Of a DNA stretch of 64,000 nt, positions 24,301 to 39,227 are shown in pieces. Origin of the DNA: the human T2T-CHM13v2.0 reference genome, Homo sapiens. Location of the stretch: assembly GCF_009914755.1 (NCBI RefSeq), contig NC_060948.1, one strand, 5' to 3'. The notes below the pieces were generated by a model. The model did no database searches, was not told where the DNA came from, and saw only the letters and a program-made list of their open reading frames with translations. The position numbers were made by a program, and so were the translations under genes. Every line of letters starts with the position of its first letter. Position 1 is the first letter of the stretch.

Positions 24301-24931
24301 AAGAAATGGAATCGAAGAGAATGGAAACAAATGGAATGGAATTGAATGGAATGGAATTGAATGGAATGGGAACGAATGGAGTGAAATTGTATGCAGTAGA
24401 AGAGAATAGAATGGAATGCAAGCGAAAGGAAAGGAATGGATTGGAATGGAATGGAATTCATTGGAATGGAAGGGAATGTAGTGTAATGGACAGGCCTGGA
24501 ATAAAGTGGAATGCTACGGTCTCGAATGGAATAAAAATGTATGGAATGGAATGCAATGAAACGGAATCGAATGTCATAGAATGTAATGGAATGCAAAAAA
24601 ATGGAATCCAAAATCATTGACTGGAAAGGCTGGGTGTCGAAAGGAATTGACTCCAATGGAATGGAATCGAATGGAATGGAAGTGAATAGAATCGAACTAA
24701 ATCGAATGGAATGGAATTGATAGGAACGGAATGGAAAGGAATGCAATGATTTGGCATGGAATGGAATCGAATGGCATCGAATGGAATGGAATGGAATGCA
24801 ATGGAATGGAATGTATTAGAATGTAATGAACTTTAATGGAATGTACTCGAATGGATTCGACTGGAATGGAATGTTCTGGAAGTGAATGGACTCCAATGGA
24901 ATGGATTCAAAAGGAATGGAATCGTACGGAA
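21363..24931 (+). repeat. DYZ1 unit 7 (3569 bp, A-type)
   Basis: 11-pentamer tract; landmark recurrence. Confidence 0.93.
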
Positions 24932-27900
24932 TGGAATCTAATGGAATGGAATTAAATGGAAATGAATCAAATTGAATAGCACGGAATTGAATTGAATGGA
25001 ATGGAATGCAATGCAATCTAATGAAACGGAAAGGAAAGGAATGGAATGGAATGGAATGGGCTGGAATGGAAAGGAATCGAAACGAATGGAATGGAATCGA
25101 ACTGAAGAGACTGGAATGGAATGCACTGGAATGGAAGGGAGTGTAATGGAAGGTTCTCGAAAAAAATGGAATCGAATGGAATGGAATTGAATGGAACGGA
25201 ATAGAGTCGAATGGAATTGAATGGAATGGAATGGACTAGAGTGAAATGGAATCGAACCACAAGGAATGGACAGGAATAGAATGGTCTCGAATTGAATGGA
25301 ATCGTATGGAATGGCATCAAACGGAATGGAATGGACAGCCACGGAATGGAATGCACTCGAATGCAATGGAGTCGAAACAAATGGACTGGAATAGAATGGA
25401 CTCGACTGGTACGGACTCCAATGGAATGGAATCGAATGGAAGGGAATCGAACGGAAGGGAATCGAACGGAATGGACTCGAAGGGAAAAGACTGCAATGGA
25501 AAGGTCTCGAATGGAATGGAAATTAATGGAATGGAATGCAATCGAATGAAATGGAGTCAAAAGTAATGGAATCGAATGGCAAGAAATCGAATGTAATGGA
25601 ATCGCCAGGAATTGATGTGAACGGAACGGAATGGAATGGAATCCAAAGGAATGGAATAGAATGGAATGGAATCGAATGGAAAGGACTCGAATGGAAATCA
25701 CTCGAATAGAATGCAATTTAATAAAATAGGATCAAATGTAATGGAATGGAATGGAAAGGAATCGAAACGAAAGGAATGGAGACAGATGGAATGGAATGGA
25801 ACAGAGAGCAATGGTATAGAATGGAATGGAATCATCTGGAATGGAATTGAATGGAATGGAATAATATGAAATGGAATGGAATGGAATGGAATGGAATGCC
25901 CTTGAATTAAATGGACTGGAATGGAATGGACTCAAACAGAGTGGAATGGAAAGTGTGGAGATAGAATGGAATGAACTCCTTTGGAATGGTGTAGTATGCA
26001 ATGCAATCGACTGGCAGGGAATCAAAAGGAATGTAATCGAATGGATTGGACTGGAATGCAAAGGACTCGAATAGATTGGAAACGGAATGCAAAGGAATGG
26101 AATGGAATAGTATGGAATGCAATGGAAGGGAATGGAGTGGAATAGACTAGAGTGGAATGGAATGGACTGGAAAGCAATGGACTGGAATGGAACTTTCTTG
26201 GATGGACTGGAACCAAACGGAATGGAATGCAATGCAATCAAATGGCATGGAATAAAATAGAATGAAAGAGAATCAAATGGAATTGAATCGAATGGAATCG
26301 AATGGATTGGAAAGGAATAGAATGGAATGGAATGGAATTGACTCAAATGGAATGGACTAGAATGGAATGGATTCGAATGGAAGGCAAAGGAATGGAATCT
26401 ATTGGAATGGACTGTAATGGAATGGAATGGAAGGGATTGGAATGGACTCGAATGGAATGGACTGCAATAGAAAGGATTCGAATGGAATGAAAAAGAATTG
26501 AATGGAATAGAACAGAATGAAATCAAATCGAATGAAATGGAATGGAATAGAAAGGAATGGAATGAAATGGAATGGAAAGGATTCGAATGGAATGCAATCG
26601 AATGGAATGGAATCGAACGGAATGGAATAAAATGGAAGAAAACTGGCAAGAAATTGAATCGAAATGAATGGAGTGTTATGGAACGGACTCAAAAGGAATT
26701 GAATGTAATAGAATGGAGTGGAGTGGACTCGAATATAATGGACTGGAATGGAATGAAATCACATGGAATGGGAACGAATGGAATGGAATGGAAAGGAATG
26801 GAATCGAATGGAAAGGAATCGAATGGAAGGGAATGAAATTGAATCAACAGGAATGGAAGGGAATAGAATAGACTGTAATGGAATGGACTCGAATAGAATG
26901 GACACGAATGCTCAAATTAAATGGACTCGAACGGAATGGAAACGAAAGGAATGTCATCGAATGGAATTGAATCGATTGGAATGAAATCGCATAGAATGGA
27001 GTGGAATCAAATGGAATTGAATCGAAAGGAAAGGAAGCGAATGGACTGAAATGAAATGGAATGGAATTGAATGGAAAGTAATGCAATGGAATAGAATGGA
27101 ACGAAATTTCACGGAATGGAATCAAACTGAATGGAATCAAATCAATGGAATCAAATCAAATGGAATGGAAAGGAATTGAATGGAGTAGATGGGATTGGAT
27201 GGGATTGGAATGAAATGTACTGGAAAGGACTCGAATTTCATGAAACGGAATGGAATGAATTGGAACGGAATGGACTCGAATGGAATGGAATGTCATGGGA
27301 TTGCATCAAATGGAATGGCATCAAATGGAATGGAATCGAATGCAATGGAATGCTATGGAATGGAATGGAATGCATTGGAATGGAATGTCCTCTAATGGAA
27401 TGGATTCGAGTGGAATGGAATTGAATATAATGGAGTCGAATGAAATGGAATTGAAAGGAATGGGATCGAATACAATGGAATATACTGGAATGTAACGTAA
27501 TGAACTCGAATGTAATTGACTGGAATGGAATGTACATGAATGGAATGTAATCGAATGGAAAGTAATCCAATGGAATAGAATCTAATGCAATAAAATCGAC
27601 TCAGATAGAGTAGAATGTAATGGAATGGAGTGCAGTGCAATGGAATGGAATGGAATGGAATGCAATGGAATGGAATGGAATGGAATGCAATGGAATGGAA
27701 TGGAATGGAATGGGATGGAATGGTATGGAATGGATAGTAATGGACTGGAGTGAAATGGACTGGAAAGGAATGGACTCAAATTGAAAGGGCTCGAAAGGAA
27801 TGGAGTCAAATGGAATGGTCTGGAATGGAATGAACACGAATGTAATGCAACCCAATAGAATGGAATCGAATGGCATGGAATATAAAGAAATGGAATCGAA

Positions 27901-28515
27901 GAGAATGGAAACAAATGGAATGGAATTGAATGGAATGGAATTGAATGGAATGGGAACGAATGGAGTGAAATTGTATGCAGTAGAAGAGAATAGAATGGAA
28001 TGCAAGCGAAAGGAAAGGAATGGATTGGAATGGAATGGAATTCATTGGAATGGAAGGGAATGTAGTGTAATGGACAGGCCTGGAATAAAGTGGAATGCTA
28101 CGGTCTCGAATGGAATAAAAATGTATGGAATGGAATGCAATGAAACGGAATCGAATGTCATAGAATGTAATGGAATGCAAAAAAATGGAATCCAAAATCA
28201 TTGACTGGAAAGGCTGGGTGTCGAAAGGAATTGACTCCAATGGAATGGAATCGAATGGAATGGAAGTGAATAGAATCGAACTAAATCGAATGGAATGGAA
28301 TTGATAGGAACGGAATGGAAAGGAATGCAATGATTTGGCATGGAATGGAATCGAATGGCATCGAATGGAATGGAATGGAATGCAATGGAATGGAATGTAT
28401 TAGAATGTAATGAACTTTAATGGAATGTACTCGAATGGATTCGACTGGAATGGAATGTTCTGGAAGTGAATGGACTCCAATGGAATGGATTCAAAAGGAA
28501 TGGAATCGTACGGAA
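24932..28515 (+). repeat. DYZ1 unit 8 (3584 bp, A-type)
   Basis: 14-pentamer tract; landmark recurrence. Confidence 0.93.
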
Positions 28516-31500
28516 TGGAATCTAATGGAATGGAATTAAATGGAAATGAATCAAATTGAATAGCACGGAATTGAATTGAATGGAATGGAATGCAATGGAA
28601 TCTAATGAAACGGAAAGGAAAGGAATGGAATGGAATGGAATGGGCTGGAATGGAAAGGAATCGAAACGAATGGAATGGAATCGAACTGAAGAGACTGGAA
28701 TGGAATGCACTGGAATGGAAGGGAGTGTAATGGAAGGTTCTCGAAAAAAATGGAATCGAATGGAATGGAATTGAATGGAACGGAATAGAGTCGAATGGAA
28801 TTGAATGGAATGGAATGGACTAGAGTGAAATGGAATCGAACCACAAGGAATGGACAGGAATAGAATGGTCTCGAATTGAATGGAATCGTATGGAATGGCA
28901 TCAAACGGAATGGAATGGACAGCCACGGAATGGAATGCACTCGAATGCAATGGAGTCGAAACAAATGGACTGGAATAGAATGGACTCGACTGGTACGGAC
29001 TCCAATGGAATGGAATCGAATGGAAGGGAATCGAACGGAAGGGAATCGAACGGAATGGACTCGAAGGGAAAAGACTGCAATGGAAAGGTCTCGAATGGAA
29101 TGGAAATTAATGGAATGGAATGGAATCGAATGAAATGGAGTCAAAAGGAATGGAATCGAATGGCAAGAAATCGAATGTAATGGAATCGCCAGGAATTGAT
29201 GTGAACGGAACGGAATGGAATGGAATCCAAAGGAATGGAATAGAATGGAATGGAATCGAATGGAAAGGACTCGAATGGAAATCACTCGAATAGAATACAA
29301 TTTAATAAAATAGGATCAAATGTAATGGAATGGAATGGAAAGGAATCGAAACGAAAGGAATGGAGACAGATGGAATGGAATGGAACAGAGAGCAATGGTA
29401 TAGAATGGAATGGAATCATCTGGAATGGAATTGAATGGAATGGAATAATATGAAATGGAATGGAATGGAATGGAATGGAATGCCCTTGAATTAAATGGAC
29501 TGGAATGGAATGGACTCAAACAGAGTGGAATGGAAAGTGTGGAGATAGAATGGAATGAACTCCTTTGGAATGGTGTAGTATGCAATGCAATCGACTGGCA
29601 GGGAATCAAAAGGAATGTAATCGAATGGATTGGACTGGAATGCAAAGGACTCGAATAGATTGGAAACGGAATGCAAAGGAATGGAATGGAATAGTATGGA
29701 ATGCAATGGAAGGGAATGGAGTGGAATAGACTAGAGTGGAATGGAATGGACTGGAAAGCAATGGACTGGAATGGAACTTTCTTGGATGGACTGGAACCAA
29801 ACGGAATGGAATGCAATGCAATCAAATGGCATGGAATAAAATAGAATGAAAGAGAATCAAATGGAATTGAATCGAATGGAATCGAATGGATTGGAAAGGA
29901 ATAGAATGGAATGGAATGGAATTGACTCAAATGGAATGGACTAGAATGGAATGGATTCGAATGGAAGGCAAAGGAATGGAATCTATTGGAATGGACTGTA
30001 ATGGAATGGAATGGAAGGGATTGGAATGGACTCGAATGGAATGGACTGCAATAGAAAGGATTCGAATGGAATGAAAAAGAATTGAATGGAATAGAACAGA
30101 ATGGAATCAAATCGAATGAAATGGAATGGAATAGAAAGGAATGGAATGAAATGGAATGGAAAGGATTCGAATGGAATGCAATCGAATGGAATGGAATCGA
30201 ACGGAATGGAATAAAATGGAAGAAAACTGGCAAGAAATGGAATCGAAATGGATGGAGTGTTATGGAACGGACTCAAAAGGAATTGAATGTAATAGAATGG
30301 AGTGGAGTGGACTCGAATATAATGGACTGGAATGGAATGAAATCACATGGAATGGGAACGAATGGAATGGAATGGAAAGGAATGGAATCGAATGGAAAGG
30401 AATCGAATGGAAGGGAATGAAATTGAATCAACAGGAATGGAAGGGAATAGAATAGACTGTAATGGAATGGACTCGAATAGAATGGACACGAATGCTCAAA
30501 TTAAATGGACTCGAACGGAATGGAAACGAAAGGAATGTCATCGAATGGAATTGAATCGATTGGAATGAAATCGCATAGAATGGAGTGGAATCAAATGGAA
30601 TTGAATCGAAAGGAAAGGAAGCGAATGGACTGAAATGAAATGGAATGGAATTGAATGGAAAGTAATGCAATGGAATAGAATGGAACGAAATTTCACGGAA
30701 TGGAATCAAACTGAATGGAATCAAATCAATGTAATCAAATCAAATGGAATGGAAAGGAATTGAATGGAGTAGATGGGATTGGATGGGATTGGAATGAAAT
30801 GTACTGGAAAGGACTCGAATTTCATGAAACGGAATGGAATGAATTGGAACGGAATGGACTCGAATGGAATGGAATGTCATGGGATTGCATCAAATGGAAT
30901 GGCATCAAATGGAATGGAATCGAATGCAATGGAATGCTATGGAATGGAATGGAATGCATTGGAATGGAATGTCCTCTAATGGAATGGATTCGAGTGGAAT
31001 GGAATTGAATATAATGGAGTCGAATGAAATGGAATTGAAAGGAATGGGATCGAATACAATGGAATATACTGGAATGTAACGTAATGAACTCGAATGTAAT
31101 TGACTGGAATGGAATGTACATGAATGGAATGTAATCGAATGGAAAGTAATCCAATGGAATAGAATCTAATGCAATAAAATCGACTCAGATAGAGTAGAAT
31201 GTAATGGAATGGAGTGCAGTGCAATGGAATGGAATGGAATGGAATGCAATGGAATGGAATGGAATGGAATGCAATGGAATGGAATGGAATGGAATGGGAT
31301 GGAATGGTATGGAATGGATAGTAATGGACTGGAGTGAAATGGACTGGAAAGGAATGGACTCAAATTGAAAGGGCTCGAAAGGAATGGAGTCAAATGGAAT
31401 GGTCTGGAATGGAATGAACACGAATGTAATGCAACCCAATAGAATGGAATCGAATGGCATGGAATATAAAGAAATGGAATCGAAGAGAATGGAAACAAAT

Positions 31501-32099
31501 GGAATGGAATTGAATGGAATGGAATTGAATGGAATGGGAACGAATGGAGTGAAATTGTATGCAGTAGAAGAGAATAGAATGGAATGCAAGCGAAAGGAAA
31601 GGAATGGATTGGAATGGAATGGAATTCATTGGAATGGAAGGGAATGTAGTGTAATGGACAGGCCTGGAATAAAGTGGAATGCTACGGTCTCGAATGGAAT
31701 AAAAATGTATGGAATGGAATGCAATGAAACGGAATCGAATGTCATAGAATGTAATGGAATGCAAAAAAATGGAATCCAAAATCATTGACTGGAAAGGCTG
31801 GGTGTCGAAAGGAATTGACTCCAATGGAATGGAATCGAATGGAATGGAAGTGAATAGAATCGAACTAAATCGAATGGAATGGAATTGATAGGAACGGAAT
31901 GGAAAGGAATGCAATGATTTGGCATGGAATGGAATCGAATGGCATCGAATGGAATGGAATGGAATGCAATGGAATGGAATGTATTAGAATGTAATGAACT
32001 TTAATGGAATGTACTCGAATGGATTCGACTGGAATGGAATGTTCTGGAAGTGAATGGACTCCAATGGAATGGATTCAAAAGGAATGGAATCGTACGGAA
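28516..32099 (+). repeat. DYZ1 unit 9 (3584 bp, A-type)
   Basis: 14-pentamer tract; shares several variants with unit 8. Confidence 0.93.
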
Positions 32100-35000
32100 T
32101 GGAATCTAATGGAATGGAATTAAATGGAAATGAATCAAATTGAATAGCACGGAATTGAATTGAATGGAATGGAATGCAATGGAATCTAATGAAACGGAAA
32201 GGAAAGGAATGGAATGGAATGGAATGGGCTGGAATGGAAAGGAATCGAAACGAATGGAATGGAATCGAACTGAAGAGACTGGAATGGAATGCACTGGAAT
32301 GGAAGGGAGTGTAATGGAAGGTTCTCGAAAAAAATGGAATCGAATGGAATGGAATTGAATGGAACGGAATAGAGTCGAATGGAATTGAATGGAATGGAAT
32401 GGACTAGAGTGAAATGGAATCGAACCACAAGGAATGGACAGGAATAGAATGGTCTCGAATTGAATGGAATCGTATGGAATGGCATCAAACGGAATGGAAT
32501 GGACAGCCACGGAATGGAATGCACTCGAATGCAATGGAGTCGAAACAAATGGACTGGAATAGAATGGACTCGACTGGTACGGACTCCAATGGAATGGAAT
32601 CGAATGGAAGGGAATCGAACGGAAGGGAATCGAACGGAATGGACTCGAAGGGAAAAGACTGCAATGGAAAGGTCTCGAATGGAATGGAAATTAATGGAAT
32701 GGAATGGAATCGAATGAAATGGAGTCAAAAGGAATGGAATCGAATGGCAAGAAATCGAATGTAATGGAATCGCCAGGAATTGATGTGAACGGAACGGAAT
32801 GGAATGGAATCCAAAGGAATGGAATAGAATGGAATGGAATCGAATGGAAAGGACTCGAATGGAAATCACTCGAATAGAATGCAATTTAATAAAATAGGAT
32901 CAAATGTAATGGAATGGAATGGAAAGGAATCGAAACGAAAGGAATGGAGACAGATGGAATGGAATGGAACAGAGAGCAATGGTATAGAATGGAATGGAAT
33001 CATCTGGAATGGAATTGAATGGAATGGAATAATATGAAATGGAATGGAATGGAATGGAATGGAATGCCCTTGAATTAAATGGACTGGAATGGAATGGACT
33101 CAAACAGAGTGGAATGGAAAGTGTGGAGATAGAATGGAATGAACTCCTTTGGAATGGTGTAGTATGCAATGCAATCGACTGGCAGGGAATCAAAAGGAAT
33201 GTAATCGAATGGATTGGACTGGAATGCAATGGACTCGAATAGATTGGAAACGGAATGCAAAGGAATGGAATGGAATAGTATGGAATGCAATGGAAGGGAA
33301 TGGAGTGGAATAGACTAGAGTGGAATGGAATGGACTGGAAAGCAATGGACTGAAATGGAACTTTCTTGAATGGACTGGAATCAAACGGAATGGAATGCAA
33401 TGCAATCAAATGGCATGGAATAAAATAGAATGAAAGAGAATCAAATGGAATTGAATCGAATGGAATCGAATGGATTGGAAAGGAATAGAATGGAATGGAA
33501 TGGAATTGACTCAAATGGAATGGACTAGAATGGAATGGATTCGAATGGAAGGCAAAGGAATGGAATCTATTGGAATGGACTGTAATGGAATGGAATGGAA
33601 GGGATTGGAATGGACTCGAATGGAATGGACTGCAATAGAAAGGATTCGAATGGAATGAAAAAGAATTGAATGGAATAGAACAGAATGGAATCAAATCGAA
33701 TGAAATGGAATGGAATAGAAAGGAATGGAATGAAATGGAATGGAAAGGATTCGAATGGAATGCAATCGAATGGAATGGAATCGAACGGAATGGAATAAAA
33801 TGGAAGAAAACTGGCAAGAAATGGAATCGAAATGAATGGAGTGTTATGGAACGGACTCAAAAGGAATTGAATGTAATAGAATGGAGTGGAGTGGACTCGA
33901 ATATAATGGACTGGAATGGAATGAAATCACATGGAATGGGAACGAATGGAATGGAATGGAAAGGAATGGAATCGAATGGAAAGGAATCGAATGGAAGGGA
34001 ATGAAATTGAATCAACAGGAATGGAAGGGAATAGAATAGACGGTAATGGAATGGACTCGAATAGAATGGACACGAATGCTCAAATTAAATGGACTCGAAT
34101 GGAATGGAAACGAAAGGAATGTCATCGAATGGAATTGAATCGATTGGAATGAAATCGCATAGAATGGAGTGGAATCAAATGGAATTGAATCGAAAGGAAA
34201 GGAAGCGAATGGACTGAAATGAAATGGAATGGAATTGAATGGAAAGTAATGCAATGGAATAGAATGGAACGAAATTTCACGGAATGGAATCAAACTGAAT
34301 GGAATCAAATCAATGGAATCAAATCAAATGGAATGGAAAGGAATTGAATGGAGTAGATGGGATTGGATGGGATTGGAATGAAATGTACTGGAAAGGACTC
34401 GAATTTCATGAAACGGAATGGAATGAATTGGAACGGAATGGACTCGAATGGAATGGAATGTCATGGGATGGCATCAAACGGAATGGCATCAAATGGAATG
34501 GAATCGAATGCAATGGAATGCTATGGAATGGAATGGAATGCATTGGAATGGAATGTCCTCTAATGGAATGGATTCGAGTGGAATGGAATTGAATATAATG
34601 GAGTCGAATGAAATGGAATTGAAAGGAATGGGATCGAATACAATGGAATATACTGGAATGTAACGTAATGAACTCGAATGTAATTGACTGGAATGGAATG
34701 TACATGAATGGAATGTAATCGAATGGAAAGTAAACCAATGGAATAGAATCTAATGCAATAAAATCGACTCAGATAGAGTAGAATGTAATGGAATGGAGTG
34801 CAGTGCAATGGAATGGAATGGAATGGAATGCAATGGAATGGAATGGAATGGAATGGGATGGAATGGTATGGAAAGGATAGTAATGGACTGGAGTGAAATG
34901 GACTGGAAAGGAATGGACTCAAATTGAAAGGGCACGAAAGGAATGGAGTCAAATGGAATGGTCTGGAATGGAATGAACACGAATGTAATGCAACCCAATA

Positions 35001-35643
35001 GAATGGAATCGAATGGCATGGAATATAAAGAAATGGAATCGAAGAGAATGGAAACAAATGGAATGGAATTGAATGGAATGGGAACGAATGGAGTGAAATT
35101 GTATGCAGTAGAAGTGAATAGAATGGAATGCAAGCGAAAGGAAAGGAATGGATTGGAATGGAATGGAATTCATTGGAATGGAAGGGAATGTAGTGTAATG
35201 GACAGGCCTGGAATAAAGTGGAATGCTACGGTCTCGAATGGAATAAAAATGTACGGAATGGAATGCAATGAAACGGAATCGAATGTCATAGAATGTAATG
35301 GAATGCAAAAAAATGGAATCCAAAATCATTGACTGGAAAGGCTGGGTGTCGAAAGGAATTGACTCCAATGGAATGGAATCGAATGGAATGGAAGTGAATA
35401 GAATCGAACTAAATCGAATGGAATGGAATTGATAGGAACGGAATGGAAAGGAATGCAATGATTTGGCATGGAATGGAATCGAATGGCATCGAATGGAATG
35501 GAATGGAATGCAATGGAATGGAATGTATTAGAATGTAATGAAATTTAATGGAATGTACTCGAATGGATTCGACTGGAATGGAATGTTCTGGAAGTGAATG
35601 GACTCCAATGGAATGGATTCAAAAGGAATGGAATCGTACGGAA
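32100..35643 (+). repeat. DYZ1 unit 10 (3544 bp, A-to-B chimera)
   Basis: A alleles to 33353, B alleles from 33369. Confidence 0.92.
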
Positions 35644-38600
35644 TGGAATCTAATGGAATGGAATTAAATGGAAATGAATCAAATTGAATAGCACGGAATT
35701 GAATTGAATGGAATGGAATGCAATGGAATCTAATGAAACGGAAAGGAAAGGAATGGAATGGAATGGAATGGGCTGGAATGGAAAGGAATCGAAACGAATG
35801 GAATGGAATCGAACTGAAGAGACTGGAATGGAATGCACTGGAATGGAAGGGAGTGTAATGGAAGGTTGTCGAAAAAAATGGAATCGAATGGAATGGAATT
35901 GAATGGAACGGAATAGAGTCGAATGGAATTGAATGGAATGGAATGGACTAGAGTGAAATGGAATCGAACCACAAGGAATGGACAGGAATAGAATGGTCTC
36001 GAATTGAATGGAATCGTATGGAATGGCATCAAACGGAATGGAATGGACAGCCACGGAATGGAATGCACTCGAATGCAATGGAGTCGAAACTAATGGACTG
36101 GAATAGAATGGACTCGACTGGTACGGACTCCAATGGAATGGAATCGAATGGAAGGGAATCGAACGGAAGGGAATCGAACGGAATGGACTCGAAGGGAAAA
36201 GACTGCAATGGAAAGGTCTCGAATGGAATGGAAATTAATGGAATGGAATGGAATCGAATGAAATGGAGTCAAAAGGAATGGAATCGAATGGCAAGAAATC
36301 TAATGTAATGGAATCGCAAGGAATTGATGTGAACGGAACGGAATGGAATGGAATCCAAAGGAATGGAATAGAATGGAATGGAATCGAATGGAAAGGACTC
36401 GAATGGAATTCACTCGAATAGAATGCAATTTAATAAAATAGGATCAAATGTAATGGAATGGAATGGAAAGGAATCGAAACGAAAGGAATGGAGACAGATG
36501 GAATGGAATGGAACAGAGAGCAATGGTATAGAATGGAATGGAATCATCTGGAATGGAATTGAATGGAATGGAATAATATGAAATGGAATGGAATGGAATG
36601 GAGTGGAATGCCCTTGAATTAAATGGACTGGAATGGAATGGACTCAAACAGAGTGGAATGGAAAGTGTGGAGATAGAATGGAATGAACTCCTTTGGAATG
36701 GTGTAGTATGCAATGCAATCGACTGGCAGGGAATCAAAAGAAATGTAATCGAATGGATTGGACTGGAATGCAATGGACTCGAATAGATTGGAAACGGAAT
36801 GCAAAGGAATGGAATGGAATAGTATGGAATGCAATGGAAGGGAATGGAGTGGAATAGACTAGAGTGGAATGGAATGGACTGGAAAGCAATGGACTGGAAT
36901 GGAACTTTCTTGGATGGACTGGAATCAAACGGAATGGAATGCAATGCAATCAAATGGCATGGAATAAAATAGAATGAAAGAGAATCAAATGGAATTGAAT
37001 CGAATGGAATCGAATGGATTGGAAAGGAATAGAATGGAATGGAATGGAATTGACTCAAATGGAATGGACTAGAATGGAATGGATTCGAATGGAAGACAAA
37101 GGAATGGAATCTATTGGAATGGACTGTAATGGAATGGAATGGAAGGGATTGGAATGGACTCGAATGGAATGGACTGCAATAGAAAGGATTCGAATGGAAT
37201 GAAAAAGAATTGAATGGAATAGAACAGAATGGAATCAAATCGAATGAAATGGAATGGAATAGAAAGGAATGGAATGAAATGGAATGGAAAGGATTCGAAT
37301 GTAATGCAATCGAATGGAATGGAATCGAACGGAATGGAATAAAATGGAAGAAAACTGGCAAGAAATGGAATCGAAATGAATGGAGTGTTATGGAACGGAC
37401 TCAAAAGGAATTGAATGTAATAGAATGGAGTGGAGTGGACTCGAATATAATGGACTGGAATGGAATGAAATCACATGGAATGGGAACGAATGGAATGGAA
37501 TGGAAAGGAATGGAATCGAATGGAAAGGAATCGAATGGAAGGGAATGAAATTGAATCAACAGGAATGGAAGGGAATAGAATAGACTGTAATGGAATGGAC
37601 TCGAATAGAATGGACACGAATGCTCAAATTAAATGGACTCGAATGGAATGGAAACGAAAGGAATGTCATCGAATGGAATTGAATCGATTGGAATGAAATC
37701 GCATAGAATGGAGTGGAATCAAATGGAATTGAATCGAAAGGAAAGGAAGCGAATGGACTGAAATGAAATGGAATGGAATTGAATGGAAAGTAATGCAATG
37801 GAATAGAATGGAACGAAATTTCACGGAATGGAATCAAACTGAATGGAATCAAATCAATGGAATCAAATCAAATGGAATGGAAAGGAATTGAATGGAGTAG
37901 ATGGGATTGGATGGGATTGGAATGAAATGTACTGGAAAGGACTCGAATTTCATGAAACGGAATGGAATGAATTGGAACGGAATGGACTCGAATGGAATGG
38001 AATGTCATGGGATGGCATCAAATGGAATGGCATCAAATGGAATGGAATCGAATGCAATGGAATGCTATGGAATGGAATGGAATGCATTGGAATGGAATGT
38101 CCTCTAATGGAATGGATTCGAGTGGAATGGAATTGAATATAATGGAGTCGAATGAAATGGAATTGAAAGGAATGGGATCGAATACAATGGAATATACTGG
38201 AATGTAACGTAATGAACTCGAATGTAATTGACTGGAATGGAATGTACATGAATGGAATGTAATCGAATAGAAAGTAATCCAATGGAATAGAATCTAATGC
38301 AATAAAATCGACTCAGATAGAGTAGAATGTAATGGAATGGAGTGCAGTGCAATGGAATGGAATGGAATGGAATGCAATGGAATGGAATGGAATGGAATGC
38401 AATGGAATGGAATGTAATGGAATGGGATGGAATGGTATGGAATGGATAGTAATGGACTGGAGTGAAATGGACTGGAAAGGAATGGACTCAAATTGAAAGG
38501 GCTCGAAAGGAATGGAGTCAAATGGAATGGTCTGGAATGGAATGAACACGAATGTAATGCAACCCAATAGAATGGAATCGAATGGCATGGAATATAAAGA

Positions 38601-39227
38601 AATGGAATCGAAGAGAATGGAAACAAATGGAATGGAATTGAATGGAATGGAATTGAATGGAATGGGAACGAATGGAGTGAAATTGTATGCAGTAGAAGAG
38701 AATAGAATGGAATGCAAGCGAAAGGAAAGGAATGGATTGGAATGGAATGGAATTCATTGGAATGGAAGGGAATGTAGTGTAATGGACAGGCCTGGAATAA
38801 AGTGGAATGCTACGGTCTCGAATGGAATAAAAATGTATGGAATGGAATGCAATGAAACGGAATCGAATGTCATAGAATGTAATGGAATGCAAAAAAATGG
38901 AATCCAAAATCATTGACTGGAAAGGCTGGGTGTCGAAAGGAATTGACTCCAATGGAATGGAATCGAATGGAATGGAAGTGAATAGAATCGAACTAAATCG
39001 AATGGAATGGAATTGATAGGAACGGAATGGAAAGGAATGCAATGATTTGGCATGGAATGGAATCGAATGGCATCGAATGGAATGGAATGGAATGCAATGG
39101 AATGGAATGTATTAGAATGTAATGAACTTTAATGGAATGTACTCGAATGGATTCGACTGGAATGGAATGTTCTGGAAGTGAATGGACTCCAATGGAATGG
39201 ATTCAAAAGGAATGGAATCGTACGGAA
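35644..39227 (+). repeat. DYZ1 unit 11 (3584 bp, A-type, extra EcoRI site)
   Basis: GAATTC at 36406-36411; 5' variants shared with unit 6, 3' variants shared with unit 3. Confidence 0.93.
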
